Positions 33,875 to 46,542 of a stretch of DNA of 64,000 nucleotides are shown here, in pieces; positions within the stretch are counted from its first letter, which is position 1; every line of letters begins with the position of its first letter. Made by a program: the position numbers and the translations under genes. The notes beneath the pieces were generated by a model. The model did not search any database. It had not been told where the DNA came from and saw nothing but the letters and a program-made list of their open reading frames with translations. Source of the DNA: Microcoleus sp. (GTDB lineage Bacteria > Cyanobacteriota > Cyanobacteriia > Cyanobacteriales > Microcoleaceae); contig CP181291.1 of NCBI GenBank assembly GCA_052279835.1, forward strand, positions 1,664,001 to 1,728,000, read 5' to 3'.

Positions 33875-35209
33875 TTAGCCAATTCTAAAAGCTGCATCAC
33901 CGACTGGCAAGTCATTGGGACGAGAAATAGTAGCAAAGTTAATGGCAAACGCCGCGTTTTGAACTGCGGTAGGGGTGGCATTTTGAACTGTTGCCAAAGT
34001 TGCCCCTCCCAATTGAATCAGAGTGTTGCTTCCAGAGGCAGTAAATGCAACGCTGGATAAACTGCCGGTAATGCCAATGCGATCTTCTCCTGGTACAAAA
34101 TCAAGAATTAGATCGCTCGTATTATCCACAGGTATATTGTTACCAGTAATTAGAACAAAACTATCACCACCTGCACCACCGGTCAGGGTATCAGCACCTG
34201 CATCTCCAATTAAAATATCGTTGCCATCACCACCAATTAAAACATCGTTACCTTTGCCACCTCGCAAAAAGTCGTTACCAGCATCTCCATTGAGATTATC
34301 GTCACCCAGATTTCCCATCAAAATATCGTTGCCAACACCACCGCTAATTAAGTCATTACCTTTGCCACCTCGCAAAAAGTCGTCACCAACTTCACCAGTG
34401 ATGGTATCATTGCCTTGGCTACCATTAATTGCATCATTGGTTGGTGAACCAGTTATGCGATCGCTGGCACTACCTCCCAGTACACCGCTGGGATTTTGCT
34501 GAAAATCTTGGGAAGTGACTTGATAGTTATTGGGGGTGTTGGCCAATTTGAGCGATCGCAAAGGCAGATTGACAAGATTGGTAGTATTAACGAAATTGTT
34601 CAGTAAAGTAACATCGCTAATGAGACTAGAAACCCGACTGGGGACGATTCCTTGAACAACTTTAGCGCTAGAAATGCGATCGCCCTGCTGCACCGCATTT
34701 ACCGTATTAAAACCTTGAGTAACATAGCCAAAAACCGCATAATTACCATCTAAAAATGGCAAATTATCCAAAGCAAAATAGAATTGGGAAGAAGCCGTAT
34801 TCAAAGCAGTAGCACGAGCCATGGCCACAGCCCCGACAGTGTGCTGTAACTGCGGAGTTTGGGTGACAACTTGGTTGTAAACAGGTTCGGTAGCTCCTTG
34901 GGGCTTAATTTCCAAAGGAATAAAACGGGCCTGATTGGTATCCGGGTCAATAAAATTACCCGTTCCTAATTGACTTGCCGGAATTGTGGTATCTTTGCTG
35001 CGGGGATCGCCACCTTGCACCACAAAAGGAGTGGGTTGACGCACAACTCGGTGAAACATCACCCCGTCGTAGATGCCACGCTCAACTAAGTCTACAAAAT
35101 TGCCTGCGGTAATTGGGGCATTAGTGCCATCAACTTCGATCGCAACGGGTTGACCGTTAATTACCTGGACTACAGTAGCTTTGCCTGATAACGGGAGTGC
35201 AGCGGCCAT
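33875..35209 (-). CDS. cyclophilin-type peptidyl-prolyl isomerase fused to RTX calcium-binding repeats
   Basis: [33 protein letters not shown], then GGKGNDL repeats. Confidence 0.9.
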   Translation of the reverse strand: MAAALPLSGKATVVQVINGQPVAIEVDGTNAPITAGNFVDLVERGIYDGVMFHRVVRQPTPFVVQGGDPRSKDTTIPASQLGTGNFIDPDTNQARFIPLEIKPQGATEPVYNQVVTQTPQLQHTVGAVAMARATALNTASSQFYFALDNLPFLDGNYAVFGYVTQGFNTVNAVQQGDRISSAKVVQGIVPSRVSSLISDVTLLNNFVNTTNLVNLPLRSLKLANTPNNYQVTSQDFQQNPSGVLGGSASDRITGSPTNDAINGSQGNDTITGEVGDDFLRGGKGNDLISGGVGNDILMGNLGDDNLNGDAGNDFLRGGKGNDVLIGGDGNDILIGDAGADTLTGGAGGDSFVLITGNNIPVDNTSDLILDFVPGEDRIGITGSLSSVAFTASGSNTLIQLGGATLATVQNATPTAVQNAAFAINFATISRPNDLPVGDAAFRIG

Positions 35210-35339
35210 AAGTAAATTGCTATTTTAGTGAGTGATATTTAGCTTTTCGGAACAATCTAGGAATAATCCACAAATTGCCCCTACCTATTTAATCAGAAAA
35301 CTGTTAACTTGTGTTAAGTACAGTTCTAGTTCTAAAATT

Positions 35340-35891
35340 ATGCTCTCCCGCCGCTACTTTTTTAGCACTTTCGTGGCAATTTGTCTAGTTGTTTTAAGTT
35401 TTAATTTTGCAGCCCCCGCTGCCGCCCTCGGTGGCAAGCTTCCCCAGGTGAATCAACCAGCACCGCAGTTTACTTTACCGACTAATAGCGGTCGCGGACA
35501 AGTCTCTCTCTCCGATTATCGCGGTAAGTGGCTGGTAGTTTATTTCTATCCCAAGGATTTTACATCCGGTTGTACGATCGAAGCGCGCAGATTCCAGCAA
35601 GACTTGCCGAAATACTTGGCAAAGAATGCTCGAATTATCGGTATTAGCGCTGATGATGTCAATTCCCACGCAGAATTTTGTGATTCGGAAGGTTTGAAAT
35701 TTCCGCTGTTAGCCGATACGGACGGAAAAGTGAGTAAAGCTTACGGTTCTTGGATGAGTTTTATCTCGGCAAGGCACAGTTTTATTATCGATCCAAAGGG
35801 CATTTTGCGGGCAACTTTTGTGAAGATTAATCCGGCAATTCACTCTCAAGAAGTCCTGGCTAAGTTGGATGAATTGCAAGCTAACAGATAA
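35340..35891 (+). CDS. peroxiredoxin Q/BCP with Tat-like signal
   Basis: MLSRRYFF signal; YFYPKDFTSGCTIEA. Confidence 0.9.
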   Translation: MLSRRYFFSTFVAICLVVLSFNFAAPAAALGGKLPQVNQPAPQFTLPTNSGRGQVSLSDYRGKWLVVYFYPKDFTSGCTIEARRFQQDLPKYLAKNARIIGISADDVNSHAEFCDSEGLKFPLLADTDGKVSKAYGSWMSFISARHSFIIDPKGILRATFVKINPAIHSQEVLAKLDELQANR

Positions 35892-36017
35892 TATTGTATT
35901 ACCTGGAATCATACCAATTTAATGAGTTGCTAGTGAGAAATTGAGCATTCTATCGAGACTCAATCCCTGACTAGCAAAGCGATCGCCTCCAGGACAAATA
36001 AGTGCCTATTCAGGATT

Positions 36018-36512
36018 TTATTCCTCCTCGTAAAGATTTCTATTGCTCCTAGACATCCGCCGTTCTGGGTCAATTCCCTCAAAGGTTGGGGGCAACCAGA
36101 CTCGGATTACCAACAACATTCCTAAAACTAGCAAAAATCCACCTGTAGATAATATCTGAACCCAGGGAGTCTCCAGCACTCCCCGCACGATTACTTCTCG
36201 TAAAACTGATACAATACAAACTTCCACAGCAACACCAATGGAAACTCGCTGCTCTTGCAAGTAAATAATTAATAATCGAAATAGTTCAACTAAAACTAAT
36301 AAAAATAGAATATCAGCCGTCACTTGCTTGAAATTCAACGGAGGCAACAGCGAGAAAAACATTTCTCGAAGTTCCAGCACCATGAAGCAGAACAAACCGA
36401 TACATAAGGAAATTACAATTAAGTCTTGGACTGTTTCCAGAGCGCTAACAATTAGTTTCAGATTTAACCATGGTGAGGCATGGCTCGTGGAGTTGTTTAA
36501 AGGCTTTTGCAT
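36018..36512 (-). CDS. PsiE family membrane protein
   Basis: ILFLLVLVELFRLL..Y, IVSVLREVI. Confidence 0.8.
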   Translation of the reverse strand: MQKPLNNSTSHASPWLNLKLIVSALETVQDLIVISLCIGLFCFMVLELREMFFSLLPPLNFKQVTADILFLLVLVELFRLLIIYLQEQRVSIGVAVEVCIVSVLREVIVRGVLETPWVQILSTGGFLLVLGMLLVIRVWLPPTFEGIDPERRMSRSNRNLYEEE

Positions 36513-36892
36513 TGATGGCTCCTGCGAGTTGTTTAACTTGTTTACAGCTTAAGTTAAATAGAGCGGATATTTGACAAGACAATGGTTTAATTTATTTATA
36601 ACCATGATAAAACTTCCGTCACTTTAAAATTTTACAGAAACTTTTAGGTACATCGCAGGTGGGTTGACATTTTGCCAAGCTTTATGGTATTCAATGCGGG
36701 CGATTGAAAGTTTTTACAGGTAAAAGGCAGAACTGAAAATACTTAAATGCTGTAATTGTTATAAGATAAGGAAATTGTAAATAACTATTTACATAGCTTG
36801 ATGGACTCAAGCTAGCGACTAAAGGCTCTAATCACACAAAAGCCTCAGAGTCAACCCAAAAACTAAAAGTAATCCAGAGAGGATTGAACACA

Positions 36893-37496
36893 ATGGCATT
36901 TGAACTTGCACCGTTACCCTTCGCCGCTGACGCTCTAGAGTCAGGTCATATGTCGGCCAATACCTTTTCGTTCCATCACGACAAGCACCACGCTGCTTAC
37001 GTGACCAACCTCAACAAACTGATTGAAGGCACTGAACTTGCCAGCAAATCTCTCGAAGAGATTGTCAAGGCATCTGCCAAAGACTCATCCAAAGCTGGCA
37101 TTTTTAACAATGCAGGTCAAGTTTGGAACCACAATTTTTTCTGGAATTCTCTCAAAGCAGGTGGTGGTGGCACTCCGACAGGAGCTTTAGCTGACAAAAT
37201 CACCGCTGACTTCGGCAGCTTCGATAAATTCAAAGAAGAATTCAAGACTGCTGCGACAACTCAGTTCGGTAGTGGCTGGGCTTGGCTGGTTTTAGACAAT
37301 GGCACTTTGAAAGTTACCAAAACTGCCAACGCCGATACTCCTTTGGCCCATGGTCAAATCCCATTGCTGACTTTGGATGTGTGGGAACACGCTTACTATT
37401 TGGACTTCCAAAACCGCCGTCCCTGACTACATTGCTAATTTCTTGGATAACTTGGCTAATTGGGATTTTGCAGCAGCAAATTTGGCTGCGGCTTAA
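36893..37496 (+). CDS. sodB: Fe superoxide dismutase; apparent +1 frameshift at 37421-37423
   Basis: HHDKHHAAYV, FNNAGQVWNH, QFGSGWAWL, DVWEHAYY; removing one C restores RPDYIANFLDNLANWDFAAANLAAA*. Confidence 0.93.
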
Positions 37497-37551
37497 TAGA
37501 GGTTTTGCCCTCGGCGATCGCGCTGTTGGCACAAGTCTAAAATAGTCCTAG

Positions 37552-37585
37552 AGGCAGTCACTCTGTAAAAAGTGACTGCCTTTTT
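37552..37585 (+). terminator. intrinsic terminator of sodB
   Basis: AGGCAGTCACT-loop-AGTGACTGCCT followed by T run. Confidence 0.85.
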
Positions 37586-37726
37586 GTCAATTTCACAAAT
37601 CCGCAGATTGAGCCGTGGGAGTAATTGTCCAATCTCAAATTAAAAATTTAAAATCTGCTGAGATTGTGTTAGAATAGTAAGGGTAAGTTTTTTATGCTTT
37701 TTGTAGTTTCAGTGGCTGTTCGCGCG

Positions 37727-38020
37727 ATGACTTCTTCACCGACCATAGCTCCAGTTCGATCGAGTCAAGTTACCCGCAAGCCTTATCCAAATTATCGGGT
37801 AATTGTTCTCAACGATGATTTCAATACATTCCAGCACGTTGTTGAATGTTTGACCAAATATATTCCAGGGATGACAAGCGATCGAGCCTGGGAACTTGCT
37901 AATCAAATCCATCACGAAGGCCAAGCTACGGTGTGGGTTGGCCCACAAGAGCAAGCAGAACTTTATCATATGCAGTTGAGCCGCGCTGGACTGACGATGG
38001 CACCGTTAGAGTCGGCTTAA
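37727..38020 (+). CDS. clpS: ATP-dependent Clp protease adaptor (ORF open from 37694)
   Basis: YRVIVLNDDFNTFQHV, IHHEGQA. Confidence 0.92.
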   Translation: MTSSPTIAPVRSSQVTRKPYPNYRVIVLNDDFNTFQHVVECLTKYIPGMTSDRAWELANQIHHEGQATVWVGPQEQAELYHMQLSRAGLTMAPLESA

Positions 38021-38052
38021 CTGGATTTTAATATTAACTCGGATGTGGGAGT

Positions 38053-38550
38053 TCAAGGGGCGATCGCAATTTGGCCAATCATTCCCGCTTCTGTATGTCC
38101 GGCTACCGTACATCGAAGGTTATAAGTTCCAGACTTCATGGGGATGAATACCCATTCTGCCATAGCTCCGGGTTTAAGTTCCAACTCGTGAATAGCTCCT
38201 TTAATTTCCACTTTCCCAGCTTCTACTTTTTGCGTCCAAATCGCATCCGCAAAGTCTTTAGCAGTAAAATAATGTTTTTGCGGACTGGGGTTGGTCAGCA
38301 CTAATTTATAACGTTTTCCCGATGCAAATTCTAGCTGATTGGGGGAAAATTTGAGTTCCCCAGTTTCGCTACCCAAACTAACAGTAATTTCGGTGATGGG
38401 TTGGCGTGATAAATCTCCTGCATTGGCAATTGTGGCAGGAGTTAATACAGTGCCCAAACAGAGAATTAACCCTAAAATTAGCTTTAAGGTTTGTGGGAAC
38501 CGCCGGCTGCGGTAGAATTGCACTAATTGCGATCGAAATGATTTGAGCAT
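38053..38550 (-). CDS. exported cupredoxin (blue copper) domain protein
   Basis: Signal peptide; H...C-x4-H-x4-M (CTVAGHTEAGM). Confidence 0.85.
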   Translation of the reverse strand: MLKSFRSQLVQFYRSRRFPQTLKLILGLILCLGTVLTPATIANAGDLSRQPITEITVSLGSETGELKFSPNQLEFASGKRYKLVLTNPSPQKHYFTAKDFADAIWTQKVEAGKVEIKGAIHELELKPGAMAEWVFIPMKSGTYNLRCTVAGHTEAGMIGQIAIAP

Positions 38551-38725
38551 GGGATTAATTACCGTTTATTATTGATTATTGATTATTGATTATTGTCAAT
38601 TCCGGTTGTATTGGAATGATTTAACCACAGAGGGCGCAGAGAACGCAGAGGAGGAGAAGAGAGAGATGAGTTCTGATATAACTGGAATTGAGATAATTCT
38701 AAAATCTAAAATCCAAAATCTAAAA

Positions 38726-39871
<1,146 letters not shown>

Positions 39872-39967
39872 TTACAAAAACTGTCTTTTTATTTTTTATT
39901 CTTATCGACTCACCTTTTCTCAAGGGCTTGATTCCTTCTTCCTGATTTTCCCCCCTTGGGGGGGTGA

Positions 39968-40038
39968 CTTCTTCCTTCTTCCTTCTTCCTTCTTCCTTCT
40001 TCCTTCTTCCCTCTTCCTTCTTCCTTCTTCCTTCTTCC
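39968..40038. repeat. STRR heptamer tract (TTCCTTC)n; other heptamer tracts near 795-815, 1124-1170, 1250-1300, 21425-21500, 27385-27540, 40695-40757, 43698-43725 and 47873-47900
   Basis: Directly visible tandem heptamers in intergenic DNA. Confidence 0.9.
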
Positions 40039-40045
40039 TTTTGTT

Positions 40046-40627
40046 ATGACTTTAGCACCTTGGCGATCGCATCTTGCTGGTACTCTCCATCGCAATCGGA
40101 GTCTTCCTGTTTCCCGATACTTACAACTAGCAACAGTCCGGGCTGACGGGCGTCCGGCCAACCGCACGGTTGTGTTTAGAGGGTTTTTGGAAGATACCAA
40201 CCACTTACAGTTTATTACAGATATTCGGAGTCAAAAGGTAGAAGAAATTAATTTCTATCCTTGGGGGGAGATTTGTTGGTATTTCCCCCAAACTCGCGAA
40301 CAATTTCGGATTGCTGGACAACTGGTGTTGGTAAGTGCAGAACATCCCGATCCTGCACTTTGTGCGTCGCGTAGAAGGGCTTGGCAGGAAATTTCTGACG
40401 CGGCGCGGGTGCAATTTGCTTGGCCGCATCCAGGGGCAAATAGGGCTGTTTCCAGCGCTTTTGAACCTACTGCCCCAGATGCGATCGAGCCTCTGTCTAA
40501 TTTTTGTTTGCTGTTGTTGGAACCGGAAACTGTGGATTTGTTGGAGTTGCGAGGTGCCCCCCAGAATAGGTTGCTTTATCGGCTCGATGGGGAGGGAAAT
40601 TGGTCGGCGCGCGAGGTTAATCCTTGA
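40046..40627 (+). CDS. FMN-binding pyridoxamine 5'-phosphate oxidase-like protein
   Basis: [35 protein letters not shown]. Confidence 0.88.
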   Translation: MTLAPWRSHLAGTLHRNRSLPVSRYLQLATVRADGRPANRTVVFRGFLEDTNHLQFITDIRSQKVEEINFYPWGEICWYFPQTREQFRIAGQLVLVSAEHPDPALCASRRRAWQEISDAARVQFAWPHPGANRAVSSAFEPTAPDAIEPLSNFCLLLLEPETVDLLELRGAPQNRLLYRLDGEGNWSAREVNP

Positions 40628-40758
40628 AAGAATTGGTTATTGGTTATTGGTTGCTTCCAATGCCTAATTCTCTTCCCCCCTTGGGGGGAGGTTGCCCAAT
40701 TCCCAATTCCCAATTCCCAATGCCCAATTCCCAATGCCCAATTCCCAATGCCCAATGG

Positions 40759-41580
40759 TTAGATGCCACTGCCGTCGAAAAATTCTTGAATTGCTTTATC
40801 TTTTAACTGACAAGTGCTAGCAACAGCTAATTTAGTTGTTTCGGCTAGGGCTAAATTAGTGGTTTGATGTAAAGTTGGGAAGGTTGAATGGAAATTGTGA
40901 GAATTTGGTTCGGATGTGAAGGAAACAGGCTGTTGAGTTTGCAAACTTTTAAGTTGCTGTTCGAGGGATTCGATGCGATCGACTAAAGAGCGAATCACCA
41001 CAGCTTCGGAATCTGGTAAACTACCGTGTTCTAGGGGATTTACTCGTACTCCCGATCGATAAACTATGCGGCCGGGAATCCCTACCACTGTACAATCAGA
41101 TGGTACGTCCCGGAGCACGACGGAACCTGCGCCAATGCGGACATTATTGCCAATTTGAAGATTGCCTAGTACCTTAGCACCAGCACCGATAACTACGTTT
41201 TCGCCGACAGTAGGGTGACGCTTGCCACTTTCTTTGCCAGTACCACCGAGGGTGACACCTTGGTAAATGAGGGCAAAATCGCCGACTATCGCGGTTTCCC
41301 CGATGACAACTCCCATACCGTGGTCAATGAAAACGCTTTTACCGATGGTTGCCCCAGGGTGAATTTCAATTCCGGTAAAAAAGCGAGCCAGGTGGGACAT
41401 CAAGCGGGGGATGAAGGGAATTCCGACCAAGTACAGCCAGTGTGCGATGCGGTGGAATACCAGGGCCTGAAGACCAGGGTAGCAAAACAAAACTTCCAGC
41501 CAGTTGCGAGCAGCAGGGTCTCGATCGAAAATAATACTGAAGTCAGCTCTAAGAGTCTTTAGCACTTTCGGAGTTACCAA
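40759..41580 (-). CDS. cysE: serine O-acetyltransferase (alternative GTG start 41565)
   Basis: [33 protein letters not shown]. Confidence 0.96.
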   Translation of the reverse strand: MVTPKVLKTLRADFSIIFDRDPAARNWLEVLFCYPGLQALVFHRIAHWLYLVGIPFIPRLMSHLARFFTGIEIHPGATIGKSVFIDHGMGVVIGETAIVGDFALIYQGVTLGGTGKESGKRHPTVGENVVIGAGAKVLGNLQIGNNVRIGAGSVVLRDVPSDCTVVGIPGRIVYRSGVRVNPLEHGSLPDSEAVVIRSLVDRIESLEQQLKSLQTQQPVSFTSEPNSHNFHSTFPTLHQTTNLALAETTKLAVASTCQLKDKAIQEFFDGSGI

Positions 41581-41817
41581 TTTTGGTTAAACACGCCATT
41601 TTATTTTACCGGATGAGGGAAGATAGCAGCCGATCGTGTAAACCGAATCACCAAATATTTGACCATTCAACAGTTAACAGTGCACCAAAGATCCTGCTTT
41701 GGATACTTTTGGGCTTGTTTTGAGTGCCCAGCTCCTGATGAAGACAAGTTTTGGTATTATTACCTAGGCTCGGCCGGATCTTTCATAGTTAATAATTAGT
41801 TATCTAATATCTAGGAT

Positions 41818-43662
41818 GTGACATCTACCTATAGAATGATGCAACGACAAATTTCTTCCATATCTGGATTTCGCGCTTCTGACCTAACCCTGGGGGAAAC
41901 TCCTAGGAAACAGTCCCGTCCGATACAGCGGGCGATCGTGTTGATGTTGATTGCAACGGGTTTGCTGAGTCTGCACGTCGGTAGGCTGGTGCAATTGCAA
42001 CTGGTGGAAGGGAAACAAAACCGGGAACGAGCCGAAAACAATCGAGTTCGGGAAGTGCCAAAACCAGCCAATCGCGGACACATAGTCGATCGCCAAGGTA
42101 AACTGCTAGCTGCGAACAATTTAGCTCGATCGATCTATTTGTGGCCCAAAGAACAAACGCCGGAACAGTGGAAAGTAACAGCAGACAAATTAAGTCCGCT
42201 GCTGAAAATCCCCGCCCAGGAAATTCTCGAAAAATTAAAACAGGTCGATCCTTCATCCTACAGACCGGTACGACTTAGACAAGCAATGCCACCAGAGATA
42301 TTTGTGCCACTAGCAGAACAGGTGGGACAAATGAGAGGAGTGGAAGTGCGCCCCGAAGCCAGACGCTTCTATCCAGAAGGCAGTTTAGCTGCTCACGTTC
42401 TCGGATATATTGGCGAAGCTACCGAAACAGACTTGAAAGCTCATCCAGAATATCCGATGGGAATGATTGTGGGTCAAATGGGCATAGAAGCGAGTTCTAA
42501 CAGCAAGATTGCGGGAGTTTGGGGCTATCGACTGATCGAGACGAATGCCCAAAATCAAGAACTGCGCCTGATCGGAGAGACACCTCCGAAACCAGGTGAA
42601 ACAGTGCAGCTAACTATAGATTTGAAGATGCAAAAAGCGGCTGAAGAGGCCCTGGGGAATCGAAGGGGGGCAGTAGTAGCCCTGGATGTCAAAACTGGTG
42701 CAGTATTAGTGTTAGCCAGCCACCCTACTTTTGACCCCAATCTGTTTACGCGAAAAATCACCAAGGAAGATTGGCAAAATCTGCAAGATTTGGAAAATCC
42801 CTTTTTGAATCGAGCCATGCAAGGCTATCCCCCCGGCAGCACTTTTAAAATTGTGACTTCCGTCGCTGGTATGGAATCGGGTAAGTTTTCACCGGACTCT
42901 ATTTTGAACACTTCGGCTTACATTACTGTGGGGGGAATTGATTTTAACGAACACAGTGGTGGTTATGGTGACATCGGCTTTCGGGAGGCTTTGGCTTTTA
43001 GCAGCAATACGTTTTTTTATCAAATCGGCATGAGTGCTGGGCCCGAAGCAATTGCTAAGTGGGGACACCGCTTGGGAATTGGTAAGGATACGGATTTGAA
43101 GCTTTTGGGCCTTGGTGGCGGAGCTCATGGTCAAATGCCGACGCCGGAGGAGAAGGAGAAAATTTATAAGGAACCTTGGTATGCGGGAGATACGGTAACG
43201 ATGTCTATCGGCCAGGGTTTGGTGTTGGTGACTCCTTTGGAAGCCGCGGTGATGGTGAGTTCGATCGCCAATGGTGGTAATCGTGTCAAGCCCCATCTTT
43301 TGACTTCGATGACTGGCACACCTGAAACACAACCGGTGCCTACGGGGATTAAACCTGGGACGATTGAGGTGATTAAGGAAGGACTGGTGGCGGTGGTGAC
43401 GGAGGGTACGGGACGGGGACTAAATGACGGTTCCATTCCGCTAACTGCGGGCAAAACCGGGACTTCGGAGGTGATCGGACAGAAGGATCACTCATTGTAT
43501 GTGGCCTATGGACCAGCGGAGAAACCAGAAATTGCGATCGCCGTGGTTGTGGAAAATGGTGGTTTTGGTTCTATAGCGGCGGCCCCGATCGCCAAAGAGG
43601 TGTTTCAAGCTTATTTTGGTAAGCCAAAAAAGGTGGATGAGTCAGTAGTGGTTAGTCCTTAG
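41818..43662 (+). CDS. mrdA: penicillin-binding protein 2
   Basis: PPGSTFK, SSN, KTG motifs and PBP dimerisation domain. Confidence 0.9.
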   Translation: MTSTYRMMQRQISSISGFRASDLTLGETPRKQSRPIQRAIVLMLIATGLLSLHVGRLVQLQLVEGKQNRERAENNRVREVPKPANRGHIVDRQGKLLAANNLARSIYLWPKEQTPEQWKVTADKLSPLLKIPAQEILEKLKQVDPSSYRPVRLRQAMPPEIFVPLAEQVGQMRGVEVRPEARRFYPEGSLAAHVLGYIGEATETDLKAHPEYPMGMIVGQMGIEASSNSKIAGVWGYRLIETNAQNQELRLIGETPPKPGETVQLTIDLKMQKAAEEALGNRRGAVVALDVKTGAVLVLASHPTFDPNLFTRKITKEDWQNLQDLENPFLNRAMQGYPPGSTFKIVTSVAGMESGKFSPDSILNTSAYITVGGIDFNEHSGGYGDIGFREALAFSSNTFFYQIGMSAGPEAIAKWGHRLGIGKDTDLKLLGLGGGAHGQMPTPEEKEKIYKEPWYAGDTVTMSIGQGLVLVTPLEAAVMVSSIANGGNRVKPHLLTSMTGTPETQPVPTGIKPGTIEVIKEGLVAVVTEGTGRGLNDGSIPLTAGKTGTSEVIGQKDHSLYVAYGPAEKPEIAIAVVVENGGFGSIAAAPIAKEVFQAYFGKPKKVDESVVVSP

Positions 43663-43724
43663 TTATTGGTTGTTAGTTGTTGGGAGCATCCCGCTCCCAA
43701 TTACCAATTACCAATTACCAATTA

Positions 43725-45440
43725 CTAATACAATCGCATAAATATGGTAGCTTTGCGAATGCCTGCTGTTTCTCCGGTGCTAGTAATTGTGAGCGATCGC
43801 AAATGGTCGAACAATGGTCTTGCGGAAAGTTCAATTAACCTCAACAGCGGAATTTGTTTTTCCCAAATTCCTCTGCTTGAGGGCCAATCTAAATAAAAAT
43901 AGCCGTCATTAGATGGCGGTAAGGGTTCGATACTCGTTTGAAAGTCTTGATTTGCCACCAAAGAACCTGTTTCAGCAGCTTTGAGAGCTTCGTCCATTGC
44001 TTCTACTGAGGTTGTGAAAATTTCGTATTTACCAACTGTGGCTCGGACTCCTTTTGCCTCGGTTTCGATCGCACTTTTCCTGTTTGTTTCCTTACCATAA
44101 TTTTGGGTAGTTGTCAACTGCGTCCAAGCGGTAATTTTTTGGTTTCTGAGAGTGAAACTGCCTATGCTGTATTCTTTGCTGCGGGCAATTTCGTCCAAGC
44201 GGGCGATCGCCTGTTGGGAATCAGCAGATGTTTCAGCCACAAAAATCCAATCGCTGCTGTTTGAGGCACTTGGAAGCACTGCTAAAGCGTATTCTCCTTT
44301 TACCCAGTTGAATATGTCTTGGGGTAAGTTAATGCCCCAAGCTGTCTGAATATCTGCGAGGGTGCGATCGACTAATTTTGACACTTCTGCATTGCCAGAA
44401 ATAGCCGATGAAAATTCAGTCCAAAAATTGTTTAAACTGGTGCTAGCCACTGCCAAAGGGCTGGCTGAGGGAATGTATTGTAAGGCTTGTACAGGTTCCG
44501 AGAGTGTGGGAATTGCGTTGTTTTGGCGATCGGTGACTAAAGCAGTTTCGGCCACTAATCCCCGTCTATTTACTCCCACAGCCACCCCTAGGGAAGAAAG
44601 GGAAACATCAGATTTTTCCTTGGTTTCCGACAGGGGTAGATTGAAAAATGCTAAAGCTATTCTGCCTTGTTTTAGCTGCTGTAAAGCTTTTTGATATTCT
44701 GGCTTATTGTTAAGATTGAGGTTTGCCACTTCTACGTTATCTATGGCATCTCTAAGCACCTGCGGATGATTAGCCAATAAAACAAAACTTTGGTGATTCT
44801 TGCCATCTAAACTGCCACTGAGTAAAGCCGTAGCAAAGCTTGAGGGTAAACTGGAACTTGGCAAAGCAAGGCGACTCAAAGGTGATATCGGCTCAGTTTT
44901 TTTCGGGACTGCGGGTAATTGTTTATAACTGAGTTTAACACCTTTATATTGCTCAAACTGACCTTGTTTTTGCCAGTAGGAATCGAGAAACTGCTGGCTG
45001 CGATCGGGATTTTGGGAGGAAAGGGCTACCAAAAACCCGGCTTGTTTGCCATTTTTGCTGTCGCGATCGATATCTCGTGTAGCGATCGCGAAGGTAATTT
45101 CGTCACCTATCCAAGGTTGGATATCTCGACTGTAATTGAGGTTTGTATTGGCGAGGAGGCTGTTTTTGATTTGTTCAAATTCAGCGTGCGATCGGCTTCT
45201 TTCTGCGGGAGTAGCAAAAACCTGTCGCAGGGATTCCAGGCGATCGGGATTTACCAGCATTGACGCTAACAAAGGTGCTTGTTTCGAGACAAACACAGCA
45301 GCAGCCGGAGTAGTTGTCGGCCCGCCCTTGAGTAAATTAAGGGGAGTGTGAGTTGTCAACCAGTAAAAACCGCCTGCACTCAGGGCTAACAGCGCCAAGA
45401 CACCGACAATTAGAAAATAGAAGAACGATCGCAACTTCAT
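43725..45440 (-). CDS. DUF3352 domain protein
   Basis: N-terminal TM; A.FVSKQAP..SMLVNP and DIQPWIGDEITFA motifs. Confidence 0.75.
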   Translation of the reverse strand: MKLRSFFYFLIVGVLALLALSAGGFYWLTTHTPLNLLKGGPTTTPAAAVFVSKQAPLLASMLVNPDRLESLRQVFATPAERSRSHAEFEQIKNSLLANTNLNYSRDIQPWIGDEITFAIATRDIDRDSKNGKQAGFLVALSSQNPDRSQQFLDSYWQKQGQFEQYKGVKLSYKQLPAVPKKTEPISPLSRLALPSSSLPSSFATALLSGSLDGKNHQSFVLLANHPQVLRDAIDNVEVANLNLNNKPEYQKALQQLKQGRIALAFFNLPLSETKEKSDVSLSSLGVAVGVNRRGLVAETALVTDRQNNAIPTLSEPVQALQYIPSASPLAVASTSLNNFWTEFSSAISGNAEVSKLVDRTLADIQTAWGINLPQDIFNWVKGEYALAVLPSASNSSDWIFVAETSADSQQAIARLDEIARSKEYSIGSFTLRNQKITAWTQLTTTQNYGKETNRKSAIETEAKGVRATVGKYEIFTTSVEAMDEALKAAETGSLVANQDFQTSIEPLPPSNDGYFYLDWPSSRGIWEKQIPLLRLIELSARPLFDHLRSLTITSTGETAGIRKATIFMRLY

Positions 45441-45837
45441 CAGCAAATGACAAATTACCACAGTCTACTATTATACACCCAGAACCCCGACTTTTTTCAA
45501 AAGTAAGTTTTTTGGGAAGATGGTTAGTTTTTAATTCGCTATTTATGGCAATCTAGAGATGAGTTATTCCTGGAATAAATCAAGCAATTCTGATACCTAT
45601 AGCATCGGGGATAAATTTACAGTTTTGTTTGCTTTAAATCAGTCCACTTGCCTCAAAAAATGATGTCATTTATCTTGCTTTGTGCTCGGCTTTGTGACTT
45701 TGATAGCTAATTTAATCAACAATATTCCCATTCCTCTGGAGCGAAGGAAGAATAAAAATCCCGAATCGACTTTAGATTATAGATTTTAGATTAGAGAAAC
45801 GTTATAATAAACAAAAAATTAAGTTTTGTAAAGACCC

Positions 45838-46446
45838 TTGACTGCAACATTCACCCCCAAAAACAGCCGAACCTGGCACGCTCTCAACCCCCTGTGGCAA
45901 GGAGCAGAAGACGCAGTACAGAAGGGTTTACCCCACACCAAGCTAGCACCAGCATGGCAAATACTGCTCCTGGGCGACGGTTCCCCCACCCGTCACCTGC
46001 AACTGCTGACGAGAGAACCCACAGAAGTTGATGTGATTGATATGTCCTTAGTGGGTGCAGATGCAGATGGCGCGCCGGAACAGATTGTGGTGGTTCCGGG
46101 GCCGCATCTGCGCCGACAAGTGTGGCTGCGGACTGCTTCTGGACAGCGTTTAGCCTATGCAGCTTCTTGGTGGGAAGCCAGTCACGTAGACGAATATTTG
46201 CAAAATAAATCTTTGCCAATTTGGGCAAGTTTAGCGCGGCTGCGGACGGAATTGTATCGGGATGTGCAAGGCATTTATTTGGGTAATTCGGCTGCTTTGG
46301 AGTCAGCATTTGAACAGTCGGGGCCTTTTTGGGGACGACACTATTTGTTTTGGCATCATGGTAAGCCACTGACTCTGATTTATGAGGTTTTTTCTCCTTA
46401 TTTAACTAAGTATTTGGGACCGATGCAATTGGATGTTGATTCATAA
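45838..46446 (+). CDS. chorismate lyase-like protein (DUF98/Ycf21)
   Basis: LLGDGSPTRHL, RQVWL, LAYAASWW, LIYEVFS. Confidence 0.85.
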   Translation: MTATFTPKNSRTWHALNPLWQGAEDAVQKGLPHTKLAPAWQILLLGDGSPTRHLQLLTREPTEVDVIDMSLVGADADGAPEQIVVVPGPHLRRQVWLRTASGQRLAYAASWWEASHVDEYLQNKSLPIWASLARLRTELYRDVQGIYLGNSAALESAFEQSGPFWGRHYLFWHHGKPLTLIYEVFSPYLTKYLGPMQLDVDS

Positions 46447-46542
46447 AATGCGATCGCTCTTAGAGTTCCTTGTTAGATCAAATCCGTTTGACTGGTTCCC
46501 AGGCTGAAGCCTGGGAACCCATATCCAGAGGCTCTGCCTCTT

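Noticed and set aside
37421..37426. Programmed frameshift at CCC-TGA in sodB
   Set aside because: Resembles a shifty stop, but three other genes show the same type of extra base with different contexts
39910..40200. ORFs with KKEEGRR or SSFFLLP repeats, also PIPNSQF-type ORFs at 27324 and 40624
   Set aside because: Translations of STRR heptamer tracts
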